Of a stretch of DNA of 64,000 nucleotides, positions 35,980 through 44,192 are shown in pieces. Each line of letters begins with the position of its first letter. Position 1 is the first letter of the stretch. Source of the stretch: an uncultured Candidatus Saccharibacteria bacterium (GTDB lineage: Bacteria; Patescibacteriota; UBA1384; XYA2-FULL-43-10; 1-14-0-10-43-13); contig CAZIYE010000002.1 in the NCBI GenBank assembly GCA_964543385.1, forward strand, positions 34 to 64,033. Direction: 5' to 3'. The position numbers and the translations under genes were made by a program. The notes below the pieces were generated by a model. It was not told where the DNA came from. It did no database searches and saw only the letters and a list, made by a program, of their open reading frames with translations.

Positions 35980-36652
35980 AACCGGAAAATTCATTGTCAT
36001 AGATGGTTCTGACGGGTCAGGTAAAAAGACCCAGTCTGATTTATTGATTGAAAGCTTGAAAAAAGCAGGGCATGAGACCGCTTATTATGATTTTCCTGAT
36101 TATGATTCATTCTTTGGTAAGATGGTAGGCCGATACCTCAATGGAGAATTCGGCGAAGCAGATCAGGTCAGCCCCTATCTTGGCTCACTTTTATATGCAG
36201 GGGATCGCTGGCAAGCAAGTAAACAAATAGAAAAAGATCTTTCAGAAGGCAAAATTGTCATTTCAAACCGATACACGCAGTCAAATATGGGCCATCAGGC
36301 TGCAAAAATAGACAATATTGATGAAAAAGAAAAGTATTTGAAATGGCTTGAAGAGCTAGAGTTTAATATTTATAAAATACCAAAACCAGACTTAGTTTTA
36401 TTTTTACATGTCCCAGTAGAGATAAGTCAGAATCTGTTTGTCGGAAAGGGAAAGCGCAAATATACAAAGGCAGTCAAAGATATCCACGAAGGGAATGTCG
36501 ATTTTATGAAGAGGTCGGTCAATGAATATCTCCGTTTAACAGAAAAATATCCAGAGTGGCGAAGAATTGATTGTACAGAGGCAGAAACCCTACTGTCAAA
36601 GGAAGAGATTGCTGATAGAATTTATTCGATGATAACGAAAGAAGTTTTATGA
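35969..36652 (+). CDS. tmk: thymidylate (dTMP) kinase
   Basis: FIVIDGSDGSGKKTQ P-loop, DRW/lid region; 227 aa. Confidence 0.85.
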   Translation: MENKTGKFIVIDGSDGSGKKTQSDLLIESLKKAGHETAYYDFPDYDSFFGKMVGRYLNGEFGEADQVSPYLGSLLYAGDRWQASKQIEKDLSEGKIVISNRYTQSNMGHQAAKIDNIDEKEKYLKWLEELEFNIYKIPKPDLVLFLHVPVEISQNLFVGKGKRKYTKAVKDIHEGNVDFMKRSVNEYLRLTEKYPEWRRIDCTEAETLLSKEEIADRIYSMITKEVL

Positions 36653-36797
36653 TCAGAGATAGGTAAATTTAGATGTTATTCCGGCCTTAATCATTCCTTT
36701 CTCATCAAAGCGGATGTTGAGCGAGGTGGAATCGGAATGTACAAAATAGCAATTAGATCCCAAATAAAATTTGGGATGAAAAAATAAAGGAGCCATT

Positions 36798-38039
36798 ATG
36801 AATTTGAAAGATCAAGACAAAGAAATATTTGAAGTAATCAATTGTGAAAAAGAGCGCCAAGTCGAAGGTTTAGAGATGATTGCTTCTGAAAATTATGTCT
36901 CAGAAGCTGTCCTCGAAGCAACTGGTTCAATCCTCACTAACAAGTATGCTGAGGGCTATCCATACTCTAGATATTATGGTGGCTGTGAGTGCGTTGACAA
37001 AGGAGAGTCATTAGCAATTGAGCGATTAAAGAAATTATTTGGCTGCAAATTTGCCAATGTTCAGCCACACTGTGGATCAAGTGCAAATATGGCAGCTTAT
37101 GCTGCTATCCTTGCGCCAGGTGATAAATTGCTCGGACAAAGTTTAGATGCTGGAGGACATTTGACTCATGGAGCCAAAGTTTCTTTTTCTGGGAAATGGT
37201 TTGAGTCATACAGCTATGGACTTGATTCAGAAACTGGACAGTTAAATTATGAAGAGATCAGAAAAATTGCACTTGAAGTAAGGCCAAAAGTTATTATGTG
37301 TGGGTACTCAGCATATCCAAGAAAAATAGATTTCAAGAAATTTAGAGAGATTGCTGACGAAGTAGACGCATATTTGATTGCAGATATAGCCCACATAGCC
37401 GGATTAGTTGCTACTGGCTATCATGATTCTCCTATTGGTATCGCTGATATAGTTACATCAACAACTCATAAAACTCTAAGAGGTCCACGTTCCGGCATCA
37501 TTATGACAAATAATGAAGAATTGGCAAAGAAGATTGACAAAGCGGTTTTCCCGATGCTTCAGGGTGGTCCACTCGAGCATGTTATTGCCGCTAAGGCAGT
37601 TGCATTTGGCGAAGCGCTAAAACCTGAATTTAAGATATATATAAGCAATGTTTTAGATAATATGCAGACTTTTGCCAAGACTTTAATGTCTTTTGATTTT
37701 GACTTGGTCACTGGCGGGACAGAGAATCATCTAATATTAGTCGATCTTAGAAGCAAGAGCATAACCGGTAAGGAATTCGAGTATGCTCTACACGAAGCAG
37801 GGATTACAGTAAATAAAAATGCTATTCCCAATGACCCAAATCCGCCAAAAGTTACTTCCGGCATCAGAGTTGGGACAGCCGCATTAACAACCCGCGGAAT
37901 GGGTGTTAAAGAAATGCAGCGGATTGCTGAAATGTTTAATATCGTTGCTGAAAATATCAGCGATGAGCAAAAACTTGCCGAAATCAAACAAGAGATTAAA
38001 GAAATGACCGAAAATTTCCCAGTACCGGGCATTAAATAA
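36798..38039 (+). CDS. glyA: serine hydroxymethyltransferase
   Basis: EMIASENYVS, PLP-lysine region TSTTHKTLRGPRSG; 413 aa. Confidence 0.9.
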   Translation: MNLKDQDKEIFEVINCEKERQVEGLEMIASENYVSEAVLEATGSILTNKYAEGYPYSRYYGGCECVDKGESLAIERLKKLFGCKFANVQPHCGSSANMAAYAAILAPGDKLLGQSLDAGGHLTHGAKVSFSGKWFESYSYGLDSETGQLNYEEIRKIALEVRPKVIMCGYSAYPRKIDFKKFREIADEVDAYLIADIAHIAGLVATGYHDSPIGIADIVTSTTHKTLRGPRSGIIMTNNEELAKKIDKAVFPMLQGGPLEHVIAAKAVAFGEALKPEFKIYISNVLDNMQTFAKTLMSFDFDLVTGGTENHLILVDLRSKSITGKEFEYALHEAGITVNKNAIPNDPNPPKVTSGIRVGTAALTTRGMGVKEMQRIAEMFNIVAENISDEQKLAEIKQEIKEMTENFPVPGIK

Positions 38040-38048
38040 GGATTAGCG

Positions 38049-38357
38049 ATGGATTTTTCAGAATTACAAGAAAAAATTATTGCCAATGCAGAGCGATATT
38101 CAAAAAAACATGATATTTTAATTAATGATGATTATGCAATTCATAAATTATATGAAGAAGTTGGCGAGTTTTCTCAAGCCTGGCTTATTCACAATCGCCA
38201 ATGCAGAGAATCGAAATATGTTGAAAAAGAGATGTCCAAGAAGATGATCTCGCACGAATTGGCTGATATAATCGGAATTGCGGTAGTGATAGCAAATTTG
38301 CAGAAAATAAACTTAGAAAAAGCAATTGACCAAAAATGGATTAATAGAGAAAAATAA
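38049..38357 (+). CDS. MazG-like single-domain nucleoside-triphosphate pyrophosphohydrolase
   Basis: LYEEVGEFSQAW ... ELADIIGIAVVIANL EExxE/ELAD motifs of the all-alpha NTP-PPase fold; 102 aa. Confidence 0.6.
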   Translation: MDFSELQEKIIANAERYSKKHDILINDDYAIHKLYEEVGEFSQAWLIHNRQCRESKYVEKEMSKKMISHELADIIGIAVVIANLQKINLEKAIDQKWINREK

Positions 38358-38358
38358 T

Positions 38359-38913
38359 ATGATATTAGGAGTAACTGGAACAATTGGCGCTGGCAAAGAT
38401 TTGATTGCAAGATATCTGGAAAGTAAAGATTTTCAGCATATTTCTACTGCCGATATCCTTAGAGAAGAAGTCTCTCAAAAAGGCTTATCCTTAGAACGTG
38501 AATCATTACGCACTTTTTCAAACGATTTAAAGAAAGAAAAAGGTGGCGATTATCTAGCAAGGGAGGCTGTTGCTAGAATGAAAAGTGATAATATTATAAT
38601 ATCCGCAATAAGAGCAGTAGAAGAAGTCGATTACCTAAAAAAACTAGATAATTTTTATCTTATTTTTATTGATGCTCCTGTTGAATTACGATATGAAAGA
38701 ATCAGAAAAAGATCACGGATAGGCGAGAAGGAAATAGCCTTTGAAGAGTTTAAAAGAAAAGAAGACTTAGAAATGTTTGGCCAAAGCTCACAAAGACTAG
38801 ATTATTGCAGGGAGAAGGCCGATTTCATAATTAGTAATACTAGCTCCATAGATCAATTAAATATAGAAATTGACAATCTGCTAATCAAGATTAGGGAAAG
38901 TGGAAATAAATGA
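38359..38913 (+). CDS. P-loop (deoxy)nucleoside-monophosphate kinase-like protein with GxxxxGKD Walker A (T4 gp1 dNMP-kinase-like / CoaE-like fold)
   Basis: MILGVTGTIGAGKDLIARYL. The GKD (not GKS/T) P-loop is shared with T4 gene-1 dNMP kinase (GVKRSGKDTTADFI). 184 aa. Start moved to ATG 38359 after the mazG-like stop. Confidence 0.5.
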   Translation: MILGVTGTIGAGKDLIARYLESKDFQHISTADILREEVSQKGLSLERESLRTFSNDLKKEKGGDYLAREAVARMKSDNIIISAIRAVEEVDYLKKLDNFYLIFIDAPVELRYERIRKRSRIGEKEIAFEEFKRKEDLEMFGQSSQRLDYCREKADFIISNTSSIDQLNIEIDNLLIKIRESGNK

Positions 38914-39740
38914 CACAGTTTGATCATGTATACCAAGATGCAATAGCCAGAGTTCTGAATGAAGGAGTGGAAGATTTTAATGTTCGTACTGGCATGAAAG
39001 TAAAGGCAGTGCCGGGACTTACTTTTCAGTGTGATTTTGGTTTTCCGATATTAACATTACGCAAAATCCCCATAAAACTATTTATAGCTGAGATGGTTTG
39101 GTTTCTTTCTGGTAGCAAGGATCCAGATGATTTCTTAAGTAAATATACGAAAATATGGGATGATTTCCGAGAAGAAGATGGTACTATTGCTGCGGCTTAT
39201 GGTCATCGCTGGAGACACCATTTCGGGCGTGATCAGATAAAAGACTTAATTTCCCTTCTCCAGAATGAGCCATCTTCGCGCCACGGTGTGGTCGTAACAT
39301 GGGATCCGGCAGACGACGGTCTTGGCAGCGGCACGAAAAAGAAAAACGTACCTTGTCCATACACATTTACCGTAAATATTATCGGTGATAGACTTCATTT
39401 GCATTCAATAGTTCGCTCAAATGATATGATGCTTGGCTGCCCTCACGATACAGCCGGCTTCTCATTGCTCCAATATTTATTAGCAGCAAAACTTGGCGTA
39501 AGACCAGGCGTTTATACACATTCAGTAAGCAATGCTCATATATATGAAAATCATTATGACCAGGCATGGGAGATCGTGAATAGAGAAAATTCTCACCCCC
39601 CAATCGTTTTTGAGCCCAGGCCAGATTATCTAGATAGAGCAATGGCAGGGGACGAAAGCGTAATAAATGAAATTTACGAAACATTAACAGAACAATACAA
39701 ACCTAGATCAGCAGTTAAAAAAATGAAGATAGCATTATGA
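38910..39740 (+). CDS. ThyA-family pyrimidine-nucleotide C5 (hydroxy)methyltransferase; cytosine-type active site (Asp at the uracil-specifying Asn position); predicted dCMP methylase or hydroxymethylase rather than canonical thymidylate synthase
   Basis: Aligns by eye to E. coli ThyA: R21 (VRTGMKV), E58 (IAEMVWFL), Y94 (AAAYGHRWR), C146 (NVPCPYTF; His147 replaced by Pro), R166-S167-(N)-D169 (VRSND), H207/Y209 (NAHIY). The GLPFNIASY block reads GCPHDTAGF, so E. coli N177 is Asp, as in T4 gp42 (RSND...FGFRND). Confidence 0.7.
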   Translation: MTQFDHVYQDAIARVLNEGVEDFNVRTGMKVKAVPGLTFQCDFGFPILTLRKIPIKLFIAEMVWFLSGSKDPDDFLSKYTKIWDDFREEDGTIAAAYGHRWRHHFGRDQIKDLISLLQNEPSSRHGVVVTWDPADDGLGSGTKKKNVPCPYTFTVNIIGDRLHLHSIVRSNDMMLGCPHDTAGFSLLQYLLAAKLGVRPGVYTHSVSNAHIYENHYDQAWEIVNRENSHPPIVFEPRPDYLDRAMAGDESVINEIYETLTEQYKPRSAVKKMKIAL

Positions 39741-40264
39741 AAACAATAATAATCATGGCTCAGTCACTTGATGGTGTGATAGCTTATGACGCTGACCACG
39801 CCGCGAACTGGACATCGAAAGAAGATAAGCAGTTTTTTATATCTGAAACCAAGAAAGCCGGAGTAATAATTTTTGGCAGAAATACCTATAAAACTTTTGG
39901 CGACAAACCTTTGCAAGGCAGACTAAACCTTGTGATGACCCTGGATGAAAGTGAAAAGCAATTTGAAAAGCCAGGTCTTGTTGAATATGCGGTTAAAAAA
40001 GAGCCATCGGAAATATTAAAAATGTTAAAAAAGAGAGGCTTTAAAAAAGTTTTTGTCGGCGGAGGAAGTATGATTAATTCACTTTTCCTTGATAAGGGGT
40101 TAATCGATGAACTTTGGATAACCATTGAGCCAAAAATTTTTGGAAAAGGATTAAAAATACTCACTGATCAAAAAAGAGATATTAATCTTGTTTTGAAAAC
40201 AGTTAAAAAAGCAAACCAATCAGTTTTATTAAAGTACGGAGTGAATTATGGGAATTCTAACTAG
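39737..40264 (+). CDS. folA: dihydrofolate reductase
   Basis: IIIMAQSLDGVIA ... IFGRNTYKTFGDKPLQGRLNLVMT ... VFVGGGSMINSLFL parallel E. coli FolA blocks ([37 protein letters not shown]). Confidence 0.75.
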   Translation: MKTIIIMAQSLDGVIAYDADHAANWTSKEDKQFFISETKKAGVIIFGRNTYKTFGDKPLQGRLNLVMTLDESEKQFEKPGLVEYAVKKEPSEILKMLKKRGFKKVFVGGGSMINSLFLDKGLIDELWITIEPKIFGKGLKILTDQKRDINLVLKTVKKANQSVLLKYGVNYGNSN

Positions 40265-40964
40265 AAAAGAAATTTTGACTGCTATTGCTGATGGGGAGCT
40301 TAGTTTTGAGCCAGGCTTAGACCAATTTCAGCTACAACCAGCTGCAATCGACGTTCGGGTTGGTATGAACTTTTTCATACCAAAAATTTGGTCATTTGGA
40401 GAAGAGGGAAGAACGGGCTTGAATACTGATCATCTTGATAACGAAAAAAAGAATGAGTTTTTAGATAGTCTACATTTAAAACATGGGCAGACCTTTGAAT
40501 TGCTCCCAGGGGAATTTATCTTAATTTCGACTCTAGAAAAGATTTCTATGAAGTCAGGCAGACTTGTCTCTATCCTTTATCCTAGGAGTTCCACGACCAG
40601 AAGAGGTATATCTATTGAATCTGGCGTTATAGATCCTCATTACGAAGGCTCTCTTATGATCCCTGTTTTTAATATGACTAGAACGCAAAAAATCAAGATA
40701 TATCCCGGTGAAAGAATTGCCCAGCTTGTTTTTTCTACTACCGAGAGTGTTCTTTCTAAGGAAGAGTCCTTGAATCATGGACTTGCAAAACCTAAATATC
40801 AGGGAGTCCAAGGCTATCAGTTGGATTATAAGTTCGATCCGCATGATGAAATCAATTTAGTCAAAAATGGCCAATTGGATAAATTAAAAAAGAATCACCT
40901 AATTTCATTAGACGAAAGGGTTGAAAGTGGCGACGAAAAAAATCAACTACCCTTATCTGCCTAA
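40248..40964 (+). CDS. dCTP-deaminase/dUTPase-superfamily protein (Dcd-like jelly-roll); catalytic Glu of true dCTP deaminases apparently absent, so possibly a dCTP/dUTP pyrophosphatase
   Basis: AIDVRVG ... LPGEFILISTLE ... YPRSSTTRRG ... IDPHYEGSLMIPVFNMT ... IYPGERIAQLVF. Dcd S111/R115 conserved, but the VLEF Glu (E. coli E138) aligns to Pro/Val. Confidence 0.6.
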   Translation: MGILTRKEILTAIADGELSFEPGLDQFQLQPAAIDVRVGMNFFIPKIWSFGEEGRTGLNTDHLDNEKKNEFLDSLHLKHGQTFELLPGEFILISTLEKISMKSGRLVSILYPRSSTTRRGISIESGVIDPHYEGSLMIPVFNMTRTQKIKIYPGERIAQLVFSTTESVLSKEESLNHGLAKPKYQGVQGYQLDYKFDPHDEINLVKNGQLDKLKKNHLISLDERVESGDEKNQLPLSA

Positions 40965-41808
40965 AGGTAGAGAAATCAAGTTTGTCGGTTCTGAAAATGA
41001 ATATATATTAGCGGCTAAAGAGGCTGCTATGAAGGCTGGCTGCAGAAAACAGCCAACAGGAGCAGTCTTGGTCAAAGACGGCAAAATAATAATGACGGCT
41101 ACCAATGCAAGTACTACGGTCAGCGTCTGCCCCAGAGTATTAAAAGGAAGCAAGACTGGAACCGACTATCATTTTTGCAAGGAAGTTTGTAATCAAGACG
41201 GGCACTCTGAATATAGCGCAGTACAAAAATGTCTAGAGAAGGGGATAGACATAAAAGACGCTGATATTTATCTCTGGGGACATTGGTGGTGCTGCAAACC
41301 ATGTTGGGACAAGATGATCGAAGGAGAAATCAAAAATGTTTATCTGGAGAAAAATGCAGATGAAAAATTCATGTTTTCCGCAACTATCGGCAAAATCTAT
41401 ATTTCAGGTGCTCTCACCATACAGCCAAAGGGTAAAAATTTAAGAAAATCATATGAAAATTTAGCAGCAGTTTGCTCAAACTTTTGTAGCAATGTTTATG
41501 TGCCACATCTTAATAGCACGGATCCGATCAAGGATCCCAATGAAGTGCCGTCTATTGTTTGGAAAACTGATCACAGGGAAGTAGCTTCTTCTGATATCGT
41601 AGTCGCATATGTTGGCGCACCATCTCTAGGGACTGGCGCAGAGCTTGAGATCGCCAGAATGGCGGCTTCAGATATAGTAGTTTGGTGGTATAAAGGTGAA
41701 ATGGTTAGTAGAATGTGTCTTGGAAATCCAAATGTTAAATATAAGTTGGAAGTTATCAATGACCAAGATTTAGCCCATCAGCTTAAGTTAGTCCTAAGGA
41801 ATTATTAG
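40921..41808 (+). CDS. fusion: dCMP/cytidine-deaminase zinc-binding domain + nucleoside 2-deoxyribosyltransferase-like (NDT/Rcl/MilB-family) domain
   Basis: N-terminal HSEYSAVQKC ... WWCCKPCWDKM (H-x-E ... PC-x-x-C deaminase zinc site). C-terminal IYISGAL ... IVVAYVGAPSLGTGAELEIARMAASDIVVWW resembles the NDT-family D-x-G-T-x-x-E motif. TTG start at 40921 overlaps the dcd-like gene; true start uncertain. Confidence 0.65.
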   Translation: MKVATKKINYPYLPKGREIKFVGSENEYILAAKEAAMKAGCRKQPTGAVLVKDGKIIMTATNASTTVSVCPRVLKGSKTGTDYHFCKEVCNQDGHSEYSAVQKCLEKGIDIKDADIYLWGHWWCCKPCWDKMIEGEIKNVYLEKNADEKFMFSATIGKIYISGALTIQPKGKNLRKSYENLAAVCSNFCSNVYVPHLNSTDPIKDPNEVPSIVWKTDHREVASSDIVVAYVGAPSLGTGAELEIARMAASDIVVWWYKGEMVSRMCLGNPNVKYKLEVINDQDLAHQLKLVLRNY

Positions 41809-41849
41809 GTTTTGATATTTACTTTTTTTGTTAAAGTGGTAAAATAATA

Positions 41850-42046
41850 GAATTATCCAAGTTGATGATGGGAGTACCGCCCCGGAGACTTGGCGCAAAC
41901 TCAAGCGAATGAGTAAATTAAGATCCAAATCGAGATGGAACCGCCCCCAAATAAAGGGAGCTCTCGAGTTCTTTGGGTCTTTTTTGTTACAATAAATTTA
42001 TTAAATATTTCAAACCCCATTTTTGGGTAATCAAAGAAGGACAAAG
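41850..42046 (+). promoter_or_regulatory. structured leader upstream of thrS with a terminator-like hairpin (CCCAAATAAAGGGAGCTCTCGAGTTCTTTGGG) followed by TCTTTTTTG; possible attenuator/T-box-like element
   Basis: GC-richer ~200-nt untranslated region. Duplicated motif GATGGGAGTACCGCCCC / GATGGAACCGCCCCC. GGGAGTACCGCC weakly resembles the T-box core GGGTGGTACCGCG. Hairpin plus U-run ends ~60 nt before the thrS ATG. Confidence 0.3.
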
Positions 42047-43774
42047 ATGCAAGAGAAAATCGACATCGAAAAAGTTAGACACTCGCTTAGCCATGTTTTG
42101 GCTGCAGCTGTTTTGGATATGTTTCCAGAGGCAAAGCTCGGTATCGGACCGGCTATTGAGAATGGTTTTTATTATGATTTTGATTTGCCAAGAACTTTAA
42201 TCCCAGAAGACCTGCCAATCCTTGAGGAGAAAATGAAAAAAATGATTGCTGGTGATTTTGCCCTAGAATGCAGGAAGGAGCCGAAAGACAAGGCTGAAAA
42301 TTTTTTCAAAAAAATAGGTCAACAGTATAAATCTGAATTAGCAAGTGAAATTGATGATGAGAGTGTCTCAATATATGACATAAAAGACGAGAAAAGCGGT
42401 CAATATGTATTTGCTGATCTTTGCGCTGGGCCACACATCGAGTCTGCGAAAAATTTAAGAAACATTGGCTGGAAATTAGATAAAATCGCTGGTGCTTATT
42501 GGCGTGGTAATGAAAAGAATAAGATGTTGCAGCGTATTTATGGGTTGGCTTTCGAAACTAGAGACGAACTAAAAGAATATGAGCTGATGATGATCGAAGC
42601 AGCTAAGCACGATCATAAAAAATTAGGCAAAGAGCTGGATTTGTTCTCTTTTCATCCCGAAGCTCCGGGTATGCCCTTCTGGCACGAAAAAGGGATGGCT
42701 ATTTGGACTCAGCTTGAAAAATTTGGCAAATCAATTCGTAAGAAATATGATTATATTGAGATCAAGACTCCACTTCTAGCCAAAAATAGCTTATGGATAA
42801 CATCTGGCCACTGGGACCATTATCGAGATGGCATGTTCACTTTTAATATCGGCGAAGATATTTATGGACTGAAACCCATGGATTGTCCATTTAATGTAAA
42901 GATTTATCAGACGAAACCAAGATCATATAAGGATCTGCCAATTCGTTACACAGAAATAGGTCATGTTCACCGCAAGGAGCAATCGGGTGAATTAAATGGT
43001 CTTTTGAGAGTACAAGAAATTACCCAAGATGATTCTCATATATTTATGAGAGAAGACCAAATCGGCGAAGAAATTGGTAAATTATTAAAAATGGTCAAAG
43101 AATTTTATAAAAAACTCACATTAGAACCAGAGTTTTTCCTTTCGACTAGACCGGAAAAATATATAGGTGAGATTAAGACTTGGGACAAGGCTGAAGATGA
43201 CTTAAGAAAGGTACTTGAGTCTGAAAAAATCAGCTATGAGCTGAAGGAAAAGGATGGCGCATTTTATGGCCCAAAAATCGATGTTAATATCAAAGATGTG
43301 TTTGGTAGATCTTGGCAGTTAGCCACTATCCAGTTAGATTTTCAATTACCCGGACGCTTTGATTGTGAATATATAGACGAAAATGGTGAAAAAAAGACTC
43401 CAGTCTTAATACATGCTGCAGTATTTGGTGCGTTTGAACGCATGATTGGCATCTTAATTGAGCATTTTGGTGGTGCTTTTCCAACATGGTTGGCGCCAAT
43501 TCAAGCTCAAATACTGCCGATTGCTGATAGACATCTCGAATATGCAAAGAAAATCAGAGAAGCATTGCAAGACCAAGGAATCAGAGTCTCTATTGATGAT
43601 AGAACAGAATCCATCGGCAAGAAAATCCGTGAAGCTGAAATGCAAAAAATCCCTTACATGCTAATAGTCGGTGACAAAGAAATCGAAGCCAAGAAAATAG
43701 CAGTTCGAAAATATGGAGAAGGGGATAGGGGGCAGATAGATGCTGAGGAATTAATCAAAGAGATAAATGGCTAA
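42047..43774 (+). CDS. thrS: threonine--tRNA ligase (short form lacking the N-terminal TGS domain)
   Basis: Editing-domain HxxxH (HSLSHVLAAA), class II motifs (FRHE-like region, GELNGLLRVQEIT, anticodon-binding domain); ATG 42047 preferred over the ORF-track start 42023. Confidence 0.9.
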   Translation: MQEKIDIEKVRHSLSHVLAAAVLDMFPEAKLGIGPAIENGFYYDFDLPRTLIPEDLPILEEKMKKMIAGDFALECRKEPKDKAENFFKKIGQQYKSELASEIDDESVSIYDIKDEKSGQYVFADLCAGPHIESAKNLRNIGWKLDKIAGAYWRGNEKNKMLQRIYGLAFETRDELKEYELMMIEAAKHDHKKLGKELDLFSFHPEAPGMPFWHEKGMAIWTQLEKFGKSIRKKYDYIEIKTPLLAKNSLWITSGHWDHYRDGMFTFNIGEDIYGLKPMDCPFNVKIYQTKPRSYKDLPIRYTEIGHVHRKEQSGELNGLLRVQEITQDDSHIFMREDQIGEEIGKLLKMVKEFYKKLTLEPEFFLSTRPEKYIGEIKTWDKAEDDLRKVLESEKISYELKEKDGAFYGPKIDVNIKDVFGRSWQLATIQLDFQLPGRFDCEYIDENGEKKTPVLIHAAVFGAFERMIGILIEHFGGAFPTWLAPIQAQILPIADRHLEYAKKIREALQDQGIRVSIDDRTESIGKKIREAEMQKIPYMLIVGDKEIEAKKIAVRKYGEGDRGQIDAEELIKEING

Positions 43775-44192
43775 TCCAAAACCTGGAAAAGATTATATCG
43801 GTGTTGGTGGAGGGGTATTAATTATCAACGATAAAAAAGAAACTCTTTTGTTGAAACGAGGCAAGAAGGCAAAAAACGATATTGGAATCTGGTGCAAGCC
43901 TGGCGGCGCAGTGGAGTATGGGGAGACCGTTGAGGCAATGATGAAAAGAGAGGTCAAAGAAGAATTAAATATAGATATAGAAATCATTAAATGGCTCAAA
44001 CATACAGATCATTTTGTTGATGGCGATCACTGGGTCGCATTTAATTGCGTTGCCAAAATTATAAATGGTAATCCGGAAAATATGGAACCTCTTAAACATT
44101 CCGAAATAAAGTGGTTTAGTCTTGATAAAATGCCGAAAAATCTAGCTGCACCTACTAAAGATGCAGCAGAAGAATATCTAAAAAGTCTATGA
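43767..44192 (+). CDS. NUDIX hydrolase
   Basis: Nudix box GGAVEYGETVEAMMKREVKEELNI; 141 aa. Confidence 0.8.
   Translation: MANPKPGKDYIGVGGGVLIINDKKETLLLKRGKKAKNDIGIWCKPGGAVEYGETVEAMMKREVKEELNIDIEIIKWLKHTDHFVDGDHWVAFNCVAKIINGNPENMEPLKHSEIKWFSLDKMPKNLAAPTKDAAEEYLKSL

Noticed and set aside
36756-36778. Hairpin ATCCCAAA-taaaa-TTTGGGAT upstream of glyA as a terminator or attenuator
   Set aside because: Perfect 8-bp stem but followed by an A-run, not a U-tract, on the sense strand. Could terminate tmk read-through weakly; not enough to call.
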